Of a stretch of DNA of 19,421 nt, positions 16,274 to 19,421 are shown one piece after another. Source of the DNA: Tubiluchus corallicola (taxonomy: Eukaryota > Animalia > Priapulida); NCBI GenBank assembly GCA_030141605.1, contig JAQGDQ010002391.1, forward strand, positions 120,852-140,272, written 5' to 3'. How positions within the stretch are numbered: position 1 is the stretch's first letter; each line of letters opens with the position of its first letter. The notes beneath the pieces are model-generated. The model was given only the letters and a program-made list of their open reading frames with translations. It did no database searches and had not been told where the DNA came from. Both the position numbers and the translations under genes were made by a program.

Positions 16274-19200
16274 TTAAAATGTAATTTGTGCTCCAAAAGT
16301 AGTAGTTCTTGCAGTAGGGTAAGCTCCTACATCTATCCCTTGCCAACTACTATTGTTACCATATGAATTTACCTCAGGGTCAAAACCAGAATAATTAGTA
16401 ATAACAAAAACATTCGACATATTGGCATAAATTTTTATATTGCTTATATCCTTAAAGACCTTTCCAAGGTTGTAAGATAGCGAAATGTTTTTCAACTTCA
16501 GATAAGAACCATCTTCCACATATCTATCAGAAAAACGGACAACCCTTCCAGAGTTGTTATAAAGTCTAGGGTATATAGCATCCTCTTTCCCCGGTCTCCA
16601 CGCCCCATCCCAATACTCCTGAGGCACATTAGACCAATAACCTACTCTATTGAAATTATACAATAAGCCATTTATAATATCGTTGCCCACAACAGCCTGA
16701 AAAAAGAAGCTTAAATCAAAGTTTTTATACGATATATTATTTGTAAGCCCCATTATAAAGTCTGGATTTACATCTCCTATAAAAGTTCTGTCGTTATCAT
16801 TAATTACTCCATTACCATCTAGATCTTTATATCTAATTTCCCCAACATAATTTTTTACTATCGCCTCATCGCTCGGACGCTCTGAAGAAGGAAGACTTTG
16901 GTAAAAAACACTATTCTTATATTCCTCTACACTTTGCCAATAACCATCTTCTACCCAACCATAAATTTGTCCAATAGGCCTGTCTTTAGTCAAGATGAGA
17001 CCTTCAAGACTGAAAGGGCCATATATCTCCATATCATTATCTGAAACACCATATTTTAAAATTTTATTTCTGTTTAAAGAAAAGTTGGCATCAATTCTCC
17101 AACTAAAATCTTTTTGAGAAATAGGATAGCCAGATAAAGAAAGCTCTATACCTTTGTTTTCTACTTGTCCAATATTAACTGTTTGCCGATATACTCCCGT
17201 GCTTGGCACCGACAGTATATTACGAAGCAGGTCGTCTGTCATCTTATGATAAAGTTCAGCAGTAAAGGTAATCCTATCCTTTAAAAAACCTGCATCAAGC
17301 CCCACATTATTTTGAGTTGTAGTTTCCCATTTCAAGTTAGGGTTTCCTGGATTATAGCGGTCAGGAGCATAGCCATTTTCAAGATTATCCCCAAACTGAT
17401 AATTAGAAGCACCATACTGAGCCAAAGTACTATACGCACCAATACCTTGATTACCTGTTTTTCCAAAACTGTACCTAAGCTTTAAGTTGTTGATATAATC
17501 TAAGTCATCCATAAAACTTTCATTTGCAATATTCCACGATAGTGCAAACGAAGGGAAGGTACCCCATTTATGATTTTCAGAAAACTTACTTGAACCATCT
17601 CTTCTAATAGAAAAAGTAAAGTAGTAACGATTGTCGTAACTATAGTTGAAACGCCCCAACCAAGATATTAGAGTCTGCTCTCCTTTACTAGATATTGTAT
17701 TTACAATATCCGTAGCACCAGCTAAGTCCCAACCACTGGTTATATCACTTCCAAAACCCCGTGCCTCTACTTTTTTATAATACCAGTTACTTGCCTCGTA
17801 ACTACCCGTAACCATAGCATTTACTTTATGTTTTTCTTCAAAAGTTTTATCAAAAGTTAAAGTATTGTATATATTATACCCCTCCCACCAATTGTCGGCT
17901 GCTCTTGATACACCATCATAAGCCCTTCCTTCGAAAAGGTTACGTGGACTATACTTATTTACCCTTGACAAAGAAGACGAATATCCTAATGTAGTCCTCA
18001 TTTTAAGAAATGGATAAAAAGCAATTTCAGAAAACGAAGATGAAAATATGTTCCACGTTCTAGACTCATTAGGTGCATTGGCATAAGCAAGTGGAGAAGA
18101 AGAAGCCCAAAAATTACCATCATCCAAATCGTCCATTCCATCTTCTGCATAAGTTGGAGGTAAAAATATAGCTGTTTTTATTATTCCTGTTGCTGAACTC
18201 AAAGCCTCTTCAGCTGTCTTGAACATACGATAGTCCAATACTGCTAAATTGCCAGATGTCCCTAATTTAAGCCAGTCATATTTATTTAGATTAATATTAT
18301 AGTTCAGTCCATCTCGCTTAAAACCAGAATTGATAATTATCCCATCTTGCACAGTATGGTTATACCGGAAGGAGTAGGTAACATTATCGCTTCCCCCATA
18401 AGCCCCTACACTATATTTTTCCGACACCCCAGTTCTAAACAACATATTTTGCCACAAAGCCTCTGTATTGCCATAATCATCAGGTCCCTTTCTATATACT
18501 CCTTCGGATATATCGCCAGGATATGGGTATCTTGAAGGTAGCTCAAAATCGTTAGGATCGCCAGGAGCCCCAGCCTTCCAGTACTCTGTCCAAAAATGAC
18601 TTTCGTTTTGATAGGCAGCATAACCAGAAGCAGACATTACTGGTATTTCCCTTAAAACATTACTAAACCCAATCTCAGTAGATACTTCTATTTTATTGTA
18701 ACCTTTCTTTCCTCCCTTAGTAGTAATAAGCACCACACCATTAGCACCTCGTGAGCCATAAATAGCTGTAGCTGAAGCATCCTTCAACACTTCAATGGAT
18801 TCTATATCCTTGGGGTCTAAAAACGCTAATGCATTATTCTGTTGGATATCGCCATCGCCTGTTTCTACTGATACCTCATCATTGCCAAAGCCAATAGGCA
18901 CACCATCTATCACATACAGAGGTTGAATGCTTCCAAACGAGCCGCTACCTCTTATCAATACTGACAAACCACCACCCGGTGCCCCATCGTTCTGTGTTAC
19001 CATTACTCCTGCTACTCTACCTTGCAATCCTTGTTCCAACGACACAGGGTTCATTTTATTCAACTCTTCACTTTTGATACTTGAAACAGCCCCTGTTATA
19101 TCACTTCTTTTCATAGTGCCATAACCAATAACAACTACATCGTCTAAAAACTTTGAATCTGCTTTCAATTCTATGTTAATGGTATTATCATCACCCACCT

Positions 19201-19420
19201 TAGCAATTTGGTCGACCATTCCAACAAAAGAAAATCTAAGCCTTTCTCCCACTACAGCATTGATAGAATAATTTCCATCAGCATTGGTAATTGTGCCTCT
19301 ATTGGTACCTACAACCATTACAGTAGTACCCGGTAGTTCTTCATTCTCTTCGTTTACTACCTTACCAGTAATAAGTCTTGCCTGTCCGAAAACTGTTGGC
19401 ATACAAAGACATATCATTAT
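16274..19420 (-). CDS. SusC/RagA family TonB-dependent outer-membrane transporter (5' partial)
   Basis: CarboxypepD_reg-like N-domain, VVVIGYG, LQGRVAGV, PLYVIDGVP, DIESIEVLKDASATAIYGSRGANGVVLITTK, NPNLKWETT and C-terminal Phe. The frame stays open to the window edge and the signal peptide lacks its basic N-region, so the true start is probably upstream. Confidence 0.97.
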   Translation of the reverse strand: MMICLCMPTVFGQARLITGKVVNEENEELPGTTVMVVGTNRGTITNADGNYSINAVVGERLRFSFVGMVDQIAKVGDDNTINIELKADSKFLDDVVVIGYGTMKRSDITGAVSSIKSEELNKMNPVSLEQGLQGRVAGVMVTQNDGAPGGGLSVLIRGSGSFGSIQPLYVIDGVPIGFGNDEVSVETGDGDIQQNNALAFLDPKDIESIEVLKDASATAIYGSRGANGVVLITTKGGKKGYNKIEVSTEIGFSNVLREIPVMSASGYAAYQNESHFWTEYWKAGAPGDPNDFELPSRYPYPGDISEGVYRKGPDDYGNTEALWQNMLFRTGVSEKYSVGAYGGSDNVTYSFRYNHTVQDGIIINSGFKRDGLNYNINLNKYDWLKLGTSGNLAVLDYRMFKTAEEALSSATGIIKTAIFLPPTYAEDGMDDLDDGNFWASSSPLAYANAPNESRTWNIFSSSFSEIAFYPFLKMRTTLGYSSSLSRVNKYSPRNLFEGRAYDGVSRAADNWWEGYNIYNTLTFDKTFEEKHKVNAMVTGSYEASNWYYKKVEARGFGSDITSGWDLAGATDIVNTISSKGEQTLISWLGRFNYSYDNRYYFTFSIRRDGSSKFSENHKWGTFPSFALSWNIANESFMDDLDYINNLKLRYSFGKTGNQGIGAYSTLAQYGASNYQFGDNLENGYAPDRYNPGNPNLKWETTTQNNVGLDAGFLKDRITFTAELYHKMTDDLLRNILSVPSTGVYRQTVNIGQVENKGIELSLSGYPISQKDFSWRIDANFSLNRNKILKYGVSDNDMEIYGPFSLEGLILTKDRPIGQIYGWVEDGYWQSVEEYKNSVFYQSLPSSERPSDEAIVKNYVGEIRYKDLDGNGVINDNDRTFIGDVNPDFIMGLTNNISYKNFDLSFFFQAVVGNDIINGLLYNFNRVGYWSNVPQEYWDGAWRPGKEDAIYPRLYNNSGRVVRFSDRYVEDGSYLKLKNISLSYNLGKVFKDISNIKIYANMSNVFVITNYSGFDPEVNSYGNNSSWQGIDVGAYPTARTTTFGAQITF

Positions 19421-19421
19421 T

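Noticed and set aside
108-19124. Short plus-strand ORFs antisense to the major genes (e.g. 3152-3595, 7035-7343, 13750-14202, 15802-16161) and small same-strand off-frame ORFs (7626-7886, 14100-14291, 18406-18621)
   Set aside because: They lie within or across well-supported genes, have no recognisable motifs and look like shadow ORFs.
14581-19421. SusCD looks somewhat more GC-rich than the downstream genes, hinting at a separate origin
   Set aside because: Only an impression from a few lines; amino-acid composition could explain it and I cannot compute GC3 or codon usage reliably here.
1-19421. CRISPR arrays, tRNA/rRNA genes, IS elements, integrases, invertible promoters, strong intrinsic terminators
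   Set aside because: I saw no regularly spaced repeats, RNA-gene signatures, transposase/recombinase ORFs or convincing GC-rich hairpins with U-tracts.

Overview
AT-rich Bacteroidota (probably Bacteroidales-like) chromosomal window with three parts. (1) A minus-strand housekeeping operon: uncharacterised lipoprotein, ychF, ExbB/TolQ, ExbD/TolR, TonB/TolA-like protein and a PlsC-family acyltransferase (15-4415). (2) A divergent LptF/LptG permease (4954-6036). (3) The 3' part of a minus-strand beta-mannan polysaccharide utilisation locus (PUL): SusC (5' end cut by the window edge), SusD, a secreted calcineurin-like metallophosphoesterase, a GH5 (subfamily 7-like) mannanase/mannosidase, an intact GH26, a second frameshift-split GH26, a secreted ADP-ribosylglycohydrolase (ARH) family protein and a Na+:solute symporter. 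Translating the apparent intergenic gap at 6037-6364 by hand shows a twice-frameshifted relic of a GH130 mannosyl-glucose phosphorylase that the ORF track misses. The PUL has therefore lost its phosphorolysis module but keeps two intact, exported, non-CAZyme metallo-hydrolases (ARH and phosphoesterase). That combination is the best candidate here for an undescribed system. All family calls come from motif recognition, not database searches.
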